DNA of 62,271 bases, counting the filler, from Thermodesulfobacteriota bacterium (GTDB lineage Bacteria > DASVDK01): NCBI GenBank assembly GCA_036381125.1. It is 5 parts of 5 records of this genome, joined end to end, with 100 filler letters (N's around TTAATTAATTAA, not from the genome) between each part and the next. Parts side by side here need not be neighbours in the genome. Positions count along the whole stretch, not along the records: positions 1 to 14,562 come from DASVDK010000006.1; 4 more parts are not named here. The stretch is one strand, 5' to 3'. The position numbers and the translations under genes are program-made. Below the pieces are notes generated by a model. It had not been told where the DNA came from. It made no database searches and was given only the letters and a program-made list of their open reading frames with translations. Within the stretch, counting starts at the first letter, position 1; the number at the start of each line of letters is the position of its first letter. Of the stretch, positions 1 to 8,857 are shown piece after piece.

Positions 1-111
1 AACGTCTTCTGGGGCGGCCGCAGCGAGATCAAGCCGAGCGAGATCTCCCCCTTTGCCTACGAGGCCTTCTGCCGCGAGCACGGCCTCGATCCGGCCGCCA
101 TGCGCGAGTAG
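1..111 (+). CDS. 3' end of an unidentified protein (partial)
   Basis: Frame 1 reads NVFWGGRSEIKPSEISPFAYEAFCREHGLDPAAMRE-TAG with typical GC3 codon bias; family not recognised. Confidence 0.6.
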   Translation, partial: NVFWGGRSEIKPSEISPFAYEAFCREHGLDPAAMRE

Positions 112-206
112 CACGCCGACCCGGCGGCCGCTCGTGCCGCCGCCGTGTACGGTCGCGCCGCCCTGCATCAGGTGCTCTCCTGGGCACCAGGTCAGCCCTC
201 GAAAAA

Positions 207-222
207 CGTGATAGCCTTCACA
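207..222. promoter_or_regulatory. CRP/FNR-family-like binding box
   Basis: CGTGA-tagcct-TCACA (one mismatch to TGTGA-N6-TCACA) with an A-run flank, 21 nt upstream of the receiver gene start. Confidence 0.5.
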
Positions 223-243
223 CTTCGGGAGTGGAGGCTCGGC

Positions 244-627
244 ATGATGCCGCGGGTCGTCATCGTCGAGGGCGAGGCCGACATCGCTCCGATCCTCCGA
301 GCGGCCCTGGAGTCGGCCGGGTACGAGCTGGTGGTCGTGTCGACCGTCGGGGAGGCGCGGGCCGTGCTCGCCGACGCCCGGCCCCCCGCGCTCCTGCTCG
401 TGGACGTCGCCCTCCCCGACGGCGACGGGCTCGAGGTCTGCCGGCTCGCCCAGGCGCGCTGGCCCACTCGCCCGATCATCGTCTGCACCGCGGCGGCCTC
501 CACCGAGATGCACGCCAGGGCCGTCCTGGCCGGCGCGTCGGCCTACCTCGCCAGGCCGTTCGACCGCGACGCGCTCCTCGCGCTCGTCGACCAGCTACTC
601 GACCGCAAGCGATCGAGGGCGAGCTAG
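244..627 (+). CDS. Single-domain response regulator receiver (atypical)
   Basis: VVIVEGE...LLVDVALPDGDGLEV...IIVCTA...GASAYLARPF; GGAGG SD before ATG 244. Confidence 0.8.
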   Translation: MMPRVVIVEGEADIAPILRAALESAGYELVVVSTVGEARAVLADARPPALLLVDVALPDGDGLEVCRLAQARWPTRPIIVCTAAASTEMHARAVLAGASAYLARPFDRDALLALVDQLLDRKRSRAS

Positions 628-1376
628 ACGCCGTCCTCGCCGTCCTCCTGCTCCCGGAAGAGGTTCGTCCGGATGGTGTCGATGTGCGCCCGCATCGCCT
701 CGAACGCGTCGCGCGCGCTGCGTGCCGCGATCGCGTCGACGATGGCGCGGTGCTGCAGCGCCGACCGTACTCGCCGTTCCGGAGTGAGGGTGGAGAGCCG
801 GTAGGCCTTCCAGCCCGGCTCGCGCCGCAGCCGGCTCACGATCTCGAGGAAGGCGACGAGGAGCGGGTTGTGGGTCGCCTCGGCGATGGCGCGGTGCAGC
901 GTGCGGTCCCAGAACTCGTACGTCTCCGGGTCGGTGGCCGCCTCGCGCTTCGCGAGGCACCGGCGCAGGTAGGCGATGTCCTCGGGCCGCGCGCTCACGG
1001 CCGCGAACTGGGCGATGGCCGGCTCGAGGACGAGCCGCGCGTCGAGCACCTCGCGCGGACTGGCGCCCTGGGCGTCCGCGACGGGCTCGAGCGCCTGACC
1101 GGGCGGGGTCCGGCCGACGAACGTCCCCTGGCCGACGTGCCGCCAGATCTTCCCGTCCGCCTCGAGGACCGCGAGCGCCTTGCGCAGCGTCGAGCGCCCG
1201 ACGCGCAGCGTCAGGGCGAAGTCCCGCTCCGCCGGAAGGCGGCTCCCCACGGGGTAGCGGCCGCTCGCGAGGAGCCGCCGCAGCTCGCCGAGCGCGCGCT
1301 CGAGGGCGCGGGGCTCGGGCCGGGAGCCGTTACCCCTGGGGGTCTCCGTTCTCGTGGCGTCCTTGCGGCGTCCCAT
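624..1376 (-). CDS. GntR family, FadR subfamily transcriptional regulator
   Basis: wHTH RLPAERDFALTLRVGRSTLRKAL...GQGTFV plus FCD domain (DRTLHRAIAEATHNP, QHRAIVDAI, MRAHI). Confidence 0.93.
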   Translation of the reverse strand: MGRRKDATRTETPRGNGSRPEPRALERALGELRRLLASGRYPVGSRLPAERDFALTLRVGRSTLRKALAVLEADGKIWRHVGQGTFVGRTPPGQALEPVADAQGASPREVLDARLVLEPAIAQFAAVSARPEDIAYLRRCLAKREAATDPETYEFWDRTLHRAIAEATHNPLLVAFLEIVSRLRREPGWKAYRLSTLTPERRVRSALQHRAIVDAIAARSARDAFEAMRAHIDTIRTNLFREQEDGEDGV

Positions 1377-1404
1377 TTCGCGTCTCGTCGTGCCCGAATT
1401 CGGT

Positions 1405-1410
1405 TATGAT
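1405..1410 (+). promoter_or_regulatory. -10 box of a probable leaderless transcript
   Basis: TATGAT lies 6 nt upstream of ATG 1417 and no SD is present. Confidence 0.55.
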
Positions 1411-1416
1411 GCGCGT

Positions 1417-2103
1417 ATGGCCTACGTCATCGAGCAGCCGCCGGTCCCCTCGCTGCCGGTCGCGGGGGGCCGGGACCGCTTCCCGGTCCGCCGGATCTAC
1501 TGCATCGGCCGCAACTACCGGGCCCACGCCATCGAGATGGGGCACGACCCCGACCGCGAGCCGCCGTTCTTCTTCATGAAGCCGGGCGACGCCGTCGTCG
1601 AGAGCGGGTCGGCGATCCCGTTTCCGATGGCGACGAGCGACCTCCACCACGAGATCGAGCTGGTCGCCGCCATCGGCAAGGGGGGCGTCCACATCCCCGA
1701 GGCGCGCGCCCTCGACCACGTCTGGGGCTACGGCGTGGGGCTCGACCTCACGCGGCGAGACCTCCAGGGCGCGGCCAAGGACCTCCGGCGGCCGTGGGAC
1801 ATGGGCAAGGGGTTCGATCAGTCGGCGCCGTGCAGCGCGCTTCGCCCCGCGGCCGAGATCGGTCACCCCGAGTCGGGCGCCATCTGGCTCAGGATCAACG
1901 GCGAGGTCCGCCAGCAGAGCGACCTGCGCTACCACATCTGGACGCTGCCCGAGACCATCGCCATCCTCTCCCGGCTCGTGGCGCTCGCGCCGGGCGACCT
2001 GATCTTCATGGGGACCCCCGAGGGGGTCGGACCGATCAGGCCGGGCGACCGCCTCGAGGGGCACGTCGACGGCGTCGGCGACCTCGTGGTGACGATCGGC
2101 TAG
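1417..2103 (+). CDS. Fumarylacetoacetate hydrolase family protein (fumarylpyruvate/acylpyruvate hydrolase-like)
   Basis: RRIYCIGRNYRAHA, PFFFMKP, HHEIEL, DLTRRDLQ, KGFD, GDLIFMGTPEGVG; start placed at MAYVIE. Confidence 0.93.
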   Translation: MAYVIEQPPVPSLPVAGGRDRFPVRRIYCIGRNYRAHAIEMGHDPDREPPFFFMKPGDAVVESGSAIPFPMATSDLHHEIELVAAIGKGGVHIPEARALDHVWGYGVGLDLTRRDLQGAAKDLRRPWDMGKGFDQSAPCSALRPAAEIGHPESGAIWLRINGEVRQQSDLRYHIWTLPETIAILSRLVALAPGDLIFMGTPEGVGPIRPGDRLEGHVDGVGDLVVTIG

Positions 2104-2858
2104 CCGCGCGAGGCCGCGTAGTACTCCACGCGACGCTCGAGCAGCCCTATCGCGGCCGAGCCGACGAGCGCGAAGACGAAGAGCCCGAGGGTCAGCGCCC
2201 AGAACTCCCGCATCAGGAAGTTCCGCGAGTACAGCTCGAACAGCTCCCCGAGCCCGATGATCGACACCAGGAGCTGACCGATCACCACCCCCTTCACGGC
2301 CCGGATGAAGCCGAGGCGGACCCCCGCCAGGATCTCGGGCAGCGCCGCGAAGAAGAGGACCTTGCGATAGACGGCCGCCCGGCTCGCGCCGAAGGCCTGC
2401 GCCATCTCGACGAGCGAGGGGCTCACGTCGCGGATGCCGGCCCGGGTGTCGAGGACGATGATCCAGAGGGCGAAGAGGACCACCGTCACGACGACCGTCG
2501 TGGTGCCGAGGCCGAAGAGGAGCATGAGGACCGGCACGAGCGCGGTCAGCGGCGCGCTCGCGAACACGTTGACCCAGAGCCCGAGGAGCCGGTCGGCCGC
2601 GGCGACCCGCCCCATGAGCACGCCGAGCGGGATCCCGATCACGATGGCCAGGACGAGCCCGAGCGCGAACGAGGCGAGCGCGTTCCAGACGGCCGCGACG
2701 AACGTCTCGGTGCCGAGGAGTCGGCCGAAGGTGACGACGACCTCGGTGAGCGGGGGCACGATGGGGACGAGGCCGGCCCGGCCGACCGCCTCCCAGAGGA
2801 GGCCCCAGAGGAGCAGCGAGGACATCATGGGGAGCCGGGAGAGGCGCATCGGCGTCAC
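2100..2858 (-). CDS. ABC transporter permease, NitT/TauT type
   Basis: Hydrophobic, EAA-like loop LVEMAQAFGASRAAVYRKV; operon context. Confidence 0.9.
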   Translation of the reverse strand: MTPMRLSRLPMMSSLLLWGLLWEAVGRAGLVPIVPPLTEVVVTFGRLLGTETFVAAVWNALASFALGLVLAIVIGIPLGVLMGRVAAADRLLGLWVNVFASAPLTALVPVLMLLFGLGTTTVVVTVVLFALWIIVLDTRAGIRDVSPSLVEMAQAFGASRAAVYRKVLFFAALPEILAGVRLGFIRAVKGVVIGQLLVSIIGLGELFELYSRNFLMREFWALTLGLFVFALVGSAAIGLLERRVEYYAASRG

Positions 2859-3616
2859 ACCAGGTACTGCTTGAGGAGCTGCCAGATCTCCTCGACGGTG
2901 TCGAGGTACGGCTCGGCGCGCCGGATCTCGTCGGGGCTACCCGACCGGTCGAAGCCCGTGCGGATGATCCGCGAGACGCTCCCCGGCCGCCGCGACAGGA
3001 GCACGATCTGGTTCGAGAGGTAGACGGCCTCCTCGATGCTGTGCGTCACGAAGATGACGGTCTTCTTCTCCTGGGCGAGGAGCTGGAGGAGGTCCTCCTG
3101 GAACTTCCGGCGGGTCTGCTCGTCGACGGCCGAGAACGGCTCGTCCATGAGGATGACGTCGGCGTTCACGGCCAGGGCGCGGGCGAGGCCGACCCGCTGC
3201 CGCATGCCGCCCGACAGCTCGTGCGGGTAGCGGTGCTCGAAGCCGAGCAGCCCCACCTCCTCGATGTAGCGGCGCGCCACGTCCTCCCGCTCGCCGCGGG
3301 GCGTCCCTCGCAGCTCGAGGCCGAAGCCGACGTTGCGCAGCACCGTGGCCCACGGCATGAGGGCGAAGTCCTGGAAGACGAACGCCCGCTCGGGCCCGGG
3401 CCCGGTGACCGTGCGGCCGCCGACGCGCACCTCGCCGGCGTCCGGCTGGACGAGGCCGGCGATGATCTTGAGGAGGGTCGTCTTGCCGCAGCCCGACGGC
3501 CCGAGGAGGGTCGTCAGCTCGCCGGTGGGGAACTCGATGCTCACGTCCCGCAGCGCCTGGATCTCGCCGCCGTAACTCTTGCTGATGCCGCGCACCTCGA
3601 CGGCGGGGGGGGTCAT
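2855..3616 (-). CDS. ABC transporter ATP-binding protein, NitT/TauT type
   Basis: GPSGCGKT, LSGGMRQRV, ILMDEPF, FVTHS. Confidence 0.95.
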   Translation of the reverse strand: MTPPAVEVRGISKSYGGEIQALRDVSIEFPTGELTTLLGPSGCGKTTLLKIIAGLVQPDAGEVRVGGRTVTGPGPERAFVFQDFALMPWATVLRNVGFGLELRGTPRGEREDVARRYIEEVGLLGFEHRYPHELSGGMRQRVGLARALAVNADVILMDEPFSAVDEQTRRKFQEDLLQLLAQEKKTVIFVTHSIEEAVYLSNQIVLLSRRPGSVSRIIRTGFDRSGSPDEIRRAEPYLDTVEEIWQLLKQYLV

Positions 3617-3620
3617 CGGC

Positions 3621-4421
3621 TCACCTCCGGTTCGCCTCGGGGCGGAAGAAGCGGGTCTCGGCGCGCTCGAGGAGCGACACCGTGACGCCGGCGACGACGA
3701 TGATGGAGGCGATCACCGCGTACATCGTCGGGTAGTCGGCGATGGACGCGCTGTAGGTGATGAGGTCGCCGATGCCGGTGGGCGTGATGAGCAGCTCCGC
3801 CAGGACGATCCCGACGAAGCCGGCGGCCGCGCCGAGCCGCAGGCCGGCGAAGATGACGGGGCTCGCCGCGGGGAGGACGATCTTCACGATCTCCTGCCGG
3901 CGAGTTCCCTGGAACGACCGGCACATGTCGAGCAGCGACGGGCTCACCGTCCGCACCGCCTTGTACGCGTTCAGGACGATCACCGGCGCGGCGAGGACGA
4001 CGACCGCGAGCACCTTGGCCGCGAGCCCGATCCCGTAGACGAACGTGATGAGCGGGATCAGGGCTGCCATGGGGGCCGCCTGCATGACGACGAAGACGGG
4101 GACGAGGAGCCATTCGGCCGGCCGCGCGAGGCCCATGGCGACCCCCGTGAGAACCCCCACGGTGCCGCAGAGGGCGAGCCCGATGACGAGCGGCTCGAGC
4201 GTGGTCAGGTAGGCGCGCGGCAGGCTGCCGTCGGCGACGGCGGCGACGAAGGCGCCGGCCGTGGCGCCGAAGCTCGGGAAGGCGAAGCTCACCGGGATGC
4301 GGCCGGCCACTTCCCAGGCGCCGAGCACGAGCGCGATCGACGCCAGGCGCCAGAGGGCCGATGCCCGGAGGCCGCGTGCGAGCGCGCCTCCGGGCATCCG
4401 CCATGCGAGCGGTACGGTCAC
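3621..4421 (-). CDS. ABC transporter permease, NitT/TauT type
   Basis: Hydrophobic; LLDMCRSFQGT...VLPAASPVIFAGLRLG...AEL. Confidence 0.9.
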   Translation of the reverse strand: MTVPLAWRMPGGALARGLRASALWRLASIALVLGAWEVAGRIPVSFAFPSFGATAGAFVAAVADGSLPRAYLTTLEPLVIGLALCGTVGVLTGVAMGLARPAEWLLVPVFVVMQAAPMAALIPLITFVYGIGLAAKVLAVVVLAAPVIVLNAYKAVRTVSPSLLDMCRSFQGTRRQEIVKIVLPAASPVIFAGLRLGAAAGFVGIVLAELLITPTGIGDLITYSASIADYPTMYAVIASIIVVAGVTVSLLERAETRFFRPEANRR

Positions 4422-4425
4422 GAGG

Positions 4426-5457
4426 CTACCGGGCGAGCGCGCCGGGGCGCTCGAGCCGCGCCGAGCGGCCGAGCTTCTGGATGGCGCGGTTCAGCGGCTC
4501 GAGGTCCCAGAAGTCCTCGACCTTGAGCGCGTTCGGGTCGCCCTGGATGGCGCCCGAGAGGGTGAAGAAGGCGAAGTCGTTCTTCACCGCCGCGACGCCG
4601 CCGCCGTCGACCGGATAGACCCCGGCCTCCGCGGCCTCCGTGTAGTACGGGACGATGTCCTTCTCCAGGTCGGCCGGCAGGTCCTTGAGGAGGCCGTACT
4701 TCGCCCGCGCCTCCGCCACGAACGCCGGGTTCTTCTTGATCGCGCGCCAGACCTTGAGGAACTCCTCGACCACGATGTCGGCGCTCTTCGCGTTGCGCTC
4801 GAGCCACTCCTGCCGGGCGAAGAGCGCGTCGTCGGTCGCCTTCGTGTCGCCGGTGGACAGGAAGACGAACTTGCCCGGCGCCTCGCGCTCGATGAAGCGC
4901 CGGTTGGCGGAGTCGACGATGGTCGCCTTGATGTTGCCGCGCAGCAGGGCGAGCGCCCGCACCTCGGATCCCGGGACGTAGCTGAGGTTCTTGAAGGTGA
5001 TCCCGTGCTTCTGGGCCATGAGCTTGATGATGGCCTCGGTGCCGGAGCCGCGCGAGTGGACGACGAACTCCTGGCCGTCGAGGTCCTTCCAGCTCTTGTA
5101 GAATTCACCGTTGACGACCGGGAAGAAGCGCAGCGTGCTGAGCTGGTAGAAGAACCGCAGCGGGACCTTGAGCCGCTGCATGGCCGCGTACGGGGTGCCG
5201 ACGCCCACGTCCGCCTGGCCGTTGGCGACCGCCTGCACCGCGAGGTCCTCGGACTTGACCGTGAGGAGTTCGACCTCGAGGCCGCGGGCCTTGATCTGCT
5301 CGAGGGCGATGAGGAGGTTCAGCGATTCGGCGCTCGGAACGTCGCCGTAGGCCACGCGCAGCTTCGATTGGGCGATGGCCGGGGAGGTCAGGACGGCGAG
5401 GACGAGCGCGAGCGCGAGGACGGGGGCCCCGAAGAGCCGCATGCCGAAGCGGAACAT
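4426..5457 (-). CDS. ABC transporter substrate-binding protein, SsuA/THI5-like
   Basis: Signal peptide MFRFGMR...AIA; SWKDLDGQEFVVHSRGSGT; GGAGG SD before ATG 5457. Confidence 0.88.
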   Translation of the reverse strand: MFRFGMRLFGAPVLALALVLAVLTSPAIAQSKLRVAYGDVPSAESLNLLIALEQIKARGLEVELLTVKSEDLAVQAVANGQADVGVGTPYAAMQRLKVPLRFFYQLSTLRFFPVVNGEFYKSWKDLDGQEFVVHSRGSGTEAIIKLMAQKHGITFKNLSYVPGSEVRALALLRGNIKATIVDSANRRFIEREAPGKFVFLSTGDTKATDDALFARQEWLERNAKSADIVVEEFLKVWRAIKKNPAFVAEARAKYGLLKDLPADLEKDIVPYYTEAAEAGVYPVDGGGVAAVKNDFAFFTLSGAIQGDPNALKVEDFWDLEPLNRAIQKLGRSARLERPGALAR

Positions 5458-5514
5458 CGTTTCCTCCACGCCGGTTGGAAGTGCCGTGTGTGGAGCATCA
5501 GCATGCCGCGCGGC

Positions 5515-5615
5515 CGGTTTGGTGTCAAACCGTGTTCGGGCGCTTCGCGCAAACCAGCGAGCGGCAAGGCCGCCGAAGCGGGCAGTGCTGCAAACCAATA
5601 GCGTGATTGGTTTGC
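5515..5615. promoter_or_regulatory. Paired CAAACC/GGTTTG inverted-repeat operators in a divergent promoter region
   Basis: cggtttg-gtgt-caaaccg (5515-5532), gcaaaccag (5549-5557), gcaaaccaat-agcgtg-attggtttgc (5590-5615). Confidence 0.6.
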
Positions 5616-5639
5616 CGGCAGCGCCCGGAAGGAGGGGAC

Positions 5640-6413
5640 GTGCGAGTCCAGCAGCTCTTCGATCTCACCGGCCGGGTCGCCGTCGTCACCGGCGGGTCGC
5701 GCGGTCTCGGCCGGCAGATCGCCGAGGCGCTCGGGGAGGCCGGGGCGCGCCTGGCCATCACCGCGCGCAAGCCCGAGGGGCTCGAGGAGGGGGCCGCGGC
5801 GCTCCGCGCGGCCGGCTTCGAGTGCCTGGCGGTCCGCTGCGACGTGGGCCGGGAGGAGGAGGTCGACGCCGCGGTGGCGCAGGTCATGGCGCACTACGGC
5901 CGCATCGACATCCTCGTGAACAACGCCGGGACGAGCTGGGCCGCGCCGGCGACCGACGTGTCGGCCGCCGACTTCGGGAAGGTTCAGCAGACGAACGTGC
6001 TCGGGACGTTCCTCGTGAGCCAGCGGGTGGGGCGCCACATGATCGCGCGGCGATACGGGAAGATCGTGAACGTCGCCTCGATCCTCGCGCTCGCCGGCAG
6101 CGCGCCGGAGATCCTCGACGCCATCGCGTACTCCACGAGCAAGGGCGCGGTCGTGGCGTTCACCCGCGACCTCGCCGTGAAGTGGGCGCGCCACGGGATC
6201 ACCGTCAACGCGATCGCGCCCGGCTTCTTCCCGAGCCGGATGACGCGCGTGGTCCTCGAGCGGCGGGGCGAGGCGATCGCCGGCGCCGCACCCATGGGCC
6301 GCGTCGGAGGCCCGGACGACCTCAAGGGCGCCGCCCTCCTCTTCGCCTCCGACGCCTCCGCCTACATCACCGGCCAGGTCCTCGCCGTCGACGGCGGCAC
6401 GACCGCATGGTGA
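5640..6413 (+). CDS. SDR family oxidoreductase (gluconate 5-dehydrogenase-like)
   Basis: TGGSRGLG, NNAG, YSTSK, VNAIAPG, TGQVLAVDGG; AAGGAGG SD before GTG 5640. Confidence 0.93.
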   Translation: MRVQQLFDLTGRVAVVTGGSRGLGRQIAEALGEAGARLAITARKPEGLEEGAAALRAAGFECLAVRCDVGREEEVDAAVAQVMAHYGRIDILVNNAGTSWAAPATDVSAADFGKVQQTNVLGTFLVSQRVGRHMIARRYGKIVNVASILALAGSAPEILDAIAYSTSKGAVVAFTRDLAVKWARHGITVNAIAPGFFPSRMTRVVLERRGEAIAGAAPMGRVGGPDDLKGAALLFASDASAYITGQVLAVDGGTTAW

Positions 6414-6414
6414 C

Positions 6415-6490
6415 GGGGTCAGGTCTTTCCGCTTTCCAGTTTGGAAAATGGAAAGACCTGACCCCATGGAAAATGGAAAGACCTGACCCC
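6415..6490. repeat. GGGGTCAGG-family intergenic repeat cluster A (1 inverted + 2 direct 24-nt units)
   Basis: ggggtcaggtctttccgctttcca-gtt-tggaaaatggaaagacctgacccc-a-tggaaaatggaaagacctgacccc between convergent stop codons. Confidence 0.92.
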
Positions 6491-6804
6491 TATTTGAGCG
6501 GCGAGAAGGGGGCGGGGACGAGGATGCGGGTCTCCATCTTCTGGACCAGGGCGAGCAGCTTCGGCACGAACGCCTTCCATCGGGGGTCGGCCATCAGCTC
6601 GGCCCGCCGGCGCGTCCGCTCCTCGAGGCTCTCGTACGCCCACATGTGGACGACCTGGTTCAGCTCACCGATCTCGCTGGAGAAGTAGCCGACCAGTCGG
6701 CCGAGGATCGGCACCTGGATCGCCATGCCCTCCTTCTCGTACAGCGAGAAGTACTCGCCCACCTTGCCGGGGTGCAGGGTGTAGGTCCGCTCCTCGAGAA
6801 TCAT
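6490..6804 (-). CDS. NIPSNAP family protein
   Basis: MILEERTYTLHPG...GELNQVVHMWAYESLEERTRRRAELMADPRW...PFSPLK; ATGA overlap with upstream gene. Confidence 0.92.
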   Translation of the reverse strand: MILEERTYTLHPGKVGEYFSLYEKEGMAIQVPILGRLVGYFSSEIGELNQVVHMWAYESLEERTRRRAELMADPRWKAFVPKLLALVQKMETRILVPAPFSPLK

Positions 6805-7733
6805 GTCCGCTCTCCGGAGTGCGAGGGCGCGAGGCCGAGCAGGCGGCCCGGCGTCACGCGAGCCATGAGGTCGATCTCCTCGCGGGTCACGCCGGCCGCG
6901 AGGAGCTGCTGCACGAAGAACTGATACCCGTCCGGGTGCGAGGGGTTGCCCACCTGGCCGAGGTCCGTGGCGAGGACGAAGTGCTCGGCGCCGACCGCCT
7001 TGATCGCCTTCGCGTTGTCCTCCGGCGTCACCCGCTTCCAGTGGCTCATCCAGGCGATGTGGGCGCCCGGCCCCATGAACGTCCCGAGGGAGGCCAGCTC
7101 GAAGGTCGCGCCGAGCTTCGCCGCCTCGCGCATCTGGTCGATCGACATGTCGACGACCGCGAAGAGCGCGTGGGTGACCAGGAGCTTGCGGAAGCCGATC
7201 CGCGACGCCGCCTCGGCGAGCACCATGACCTCGTCCGCGGAGGCGTGACCGGTCTGGAGGACGAGGTCGAGGTCGGCGCAGATCCGCATGATCTCGAGCA
7301 CGGCGGGCACGGGCCTTCCGCCCTCGACGACGCGGATGCCCTCGCGCGGCTCCTTGAAGAAGCGGACGTGACGGTCGGCGTCCATCGACGGCAGCCAGAC
7401 GACCCGGCCGTACTGCCCCTGGATGCGGGCCATCCACTGCACGGCCTGCGGGTTGAGGCCGCCCACGGCGCCGTTGAGCGCGATGCCGCCGAAGACCTCG
7501 AGCCCCGGGAAGTGCCGCCGCAGGAGGTAGGCGCGCGAGGCGGTCTCGGCGACGTGGTTCTTGAGGACGAGGCCGCCCATCTGCTTCTGCACCGCGATGG
7601 CGGCGATCGTGACGTCGTCGGCGCAGCGGTCGAAGACGTCGGGCGCCGAGTGGACGTGGAAGTCGATCGCCCCCCGGATGAGGCTCTCCCGGGGGGGCGG
7701 CGGCGGGAAGACGCGGGACGATCCGTCGGTCAT
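6801..7733 (-). CDS. DUF6282-like amidohydrolase/TIM-barrel metalloprotein
   Basis: DFHVHSAPD, LKNH, TGH, VTH, ATDLGQ metal-ligand pattern. Confidence 0.75.
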   Translation of the reverse strand: MTDGSSRVFPPPPPRESLIRGAIDFHVHSAPDVFDRCADDVTIAAIAVQKQMGGLVLKNHVAETASRAYLLRRHFPGLEVFGGIALNGAVGGLNPQAVQWMARIQGQYGRVVWLPSMDADRHVRFFKEPREGIRVVEGGRPVPAVLEIMRICADLDLVLQTGHASADEVMVLAEAASRIGFRKLLVTHALFAVVDMSIDQMREAAKLGATFELASLGTFMGPGAHIAWMSHWKRVTPEDNAKAIKAVGAEHFVLATDLGQVGNPSHPDGYQFFVQQLLAAGVTREEIDLMARVTPGRLLGLAPSHSGERT

Positions 7734-8857
7734 GAGCTGGCTCCGTGGGCGGCGGGCTCGCCCGCCGCGCCGGTGGACTCGACCCGGACCACCGTACAGG
7801 CCGATGGCTCGGGCAGGAGGTGGACGCGCTCGCCGGGGCGCGCGGCGACCGCACCCCGCGCCTGGACGGCGAGACTCGTGCCCCCGGCGTCGAGCGTGAG
7901 GTCGGTGAAGGCGCCGAGGAAGCTCGCCTTGACGACCTCGGCGGCGATGCCGGCGCCGTCGGCCGGCGCCTGCCGGTGCACGGCGATCTGCTCGGGCCGG
8001 ATGGCGACGACGACGCGGGCCCCGCGGCCGACGGCGCCGGAGACGCGGGCCGCGAGCGGCCCGACGGCGGTGCGGACCCGCACCCGGCCGGCCTCCGCAT
8101 CCGTCTCGGTCACGCCCGGCAGGAGGTTCGCCGAGCCGAGGAACGTGGCCACGAACTCGTCCCTCGGCTCGCGGTAGATCGCCTCGGGCGTGCCGATCTG
8201 CCGGATCCGCCCCTCGTGCATGACCGCGATCCGGGTCGCGAGCGCCATCGCCTCCGCCTGGTCGTGCGTGACGTAGAGCGCCGGGACCCGGAGGCGCGAT
8301 CGGAGGTCGGCCAGCTCCGCGCGCATCTCCTCGCGGAGCTTGGCGTCGAGGTTCGACAGCGGCTCGTCGAAGAGGAGCGCCGCCGGTTCCATGGCGAGCG
8401 CGCGGGCGAGGGCGACCCGCTGCTGCTGGCCGCCCGAGAGCTGGTGCGGGTAGCGGTCCTCGAAGCCGCCGAGGCGGACGAGGGCGAGCGCCTCGCGCGC
8501 CCTGGCGGTCATCCTCTCGCGCGACAGCTTCGGGCCGAAGCGCAGCGGGTACCGGACGTTGTCGAGCACCGTCAGGTGCGGCCAGACGGCGTACGACTGG
8601 AACACCATGCCGAACCGCCGGCGGTAGGGGGGGACGAGGACGCCGCGCGCGCCGTCGGCGAGCAGTTGATCGCCGAGCCGGATCGAGCCCTCCTCCGGCG
8701 CCTCGAGCCCGGCCACGCAGCGCAGCGTCGTCGTCTTGCCGCAGCCGCTCGGTCCCAGCAGGCAGAGCAGCTCGCCGGGAGCCACCTCGAAGGAGACCCC
8801 CCCGAGCGCCGCCACGGCGCCGAACCGCTTGGCGAGCCGCTCGACGACGAGCGTCAC
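7730..8857 (-). CDS. ABC transporter ATP-binding protein (Fe3+/polyamine type, TOBE domain)
   Basis: GPSGCGKT, LSGGQQQRV, DEPLSNLD, YVTHDQ; GTG start overlaps the upstream TGA. Confidence 0.92.
   Translation of the reverse strand: MTLVVERLAKRFGAVAALGGVSFEVAPGELLCLLGPSGCGKTTTLRCVAGLEAPEEGSIRLGDQLLADGARGVLVPPYRRRFGMVFQSYAVWPHLTVLDNVRYPLRFGPKLSRERMTARAREALALVRLGGFEDRYPHQLSGGQQQRVALARALAMEPAALLFDEPLSNLDAKLREEMRAELADLRSRLRVPALYVTHDQAEAMALATRIAVMHEGRIRQIGTPEAIYREPRDEFVATFLGSANLLPGVTETDAEAGRVRVRTAVGPLAARVSGAVGRGARVVVAIRPEQIAVHRQAPADGAGIAAEVVKASFLGAFTDLTLDAGGTSLAVQARGAVAARPGERVHLLPEPSACTVVRVESTGAAGEPAAHGASS

Noticed and set aside
6490-8100. Apparent long fusion ORFs in the track (also 7730-9931, 32948-34993, 40723-42672, 47604-49289, 57521-60103)
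   Set aside because: The real genes start at internal SD-preceded or coupled starts; upstream parts are off-frame read-through of neighbouring genes
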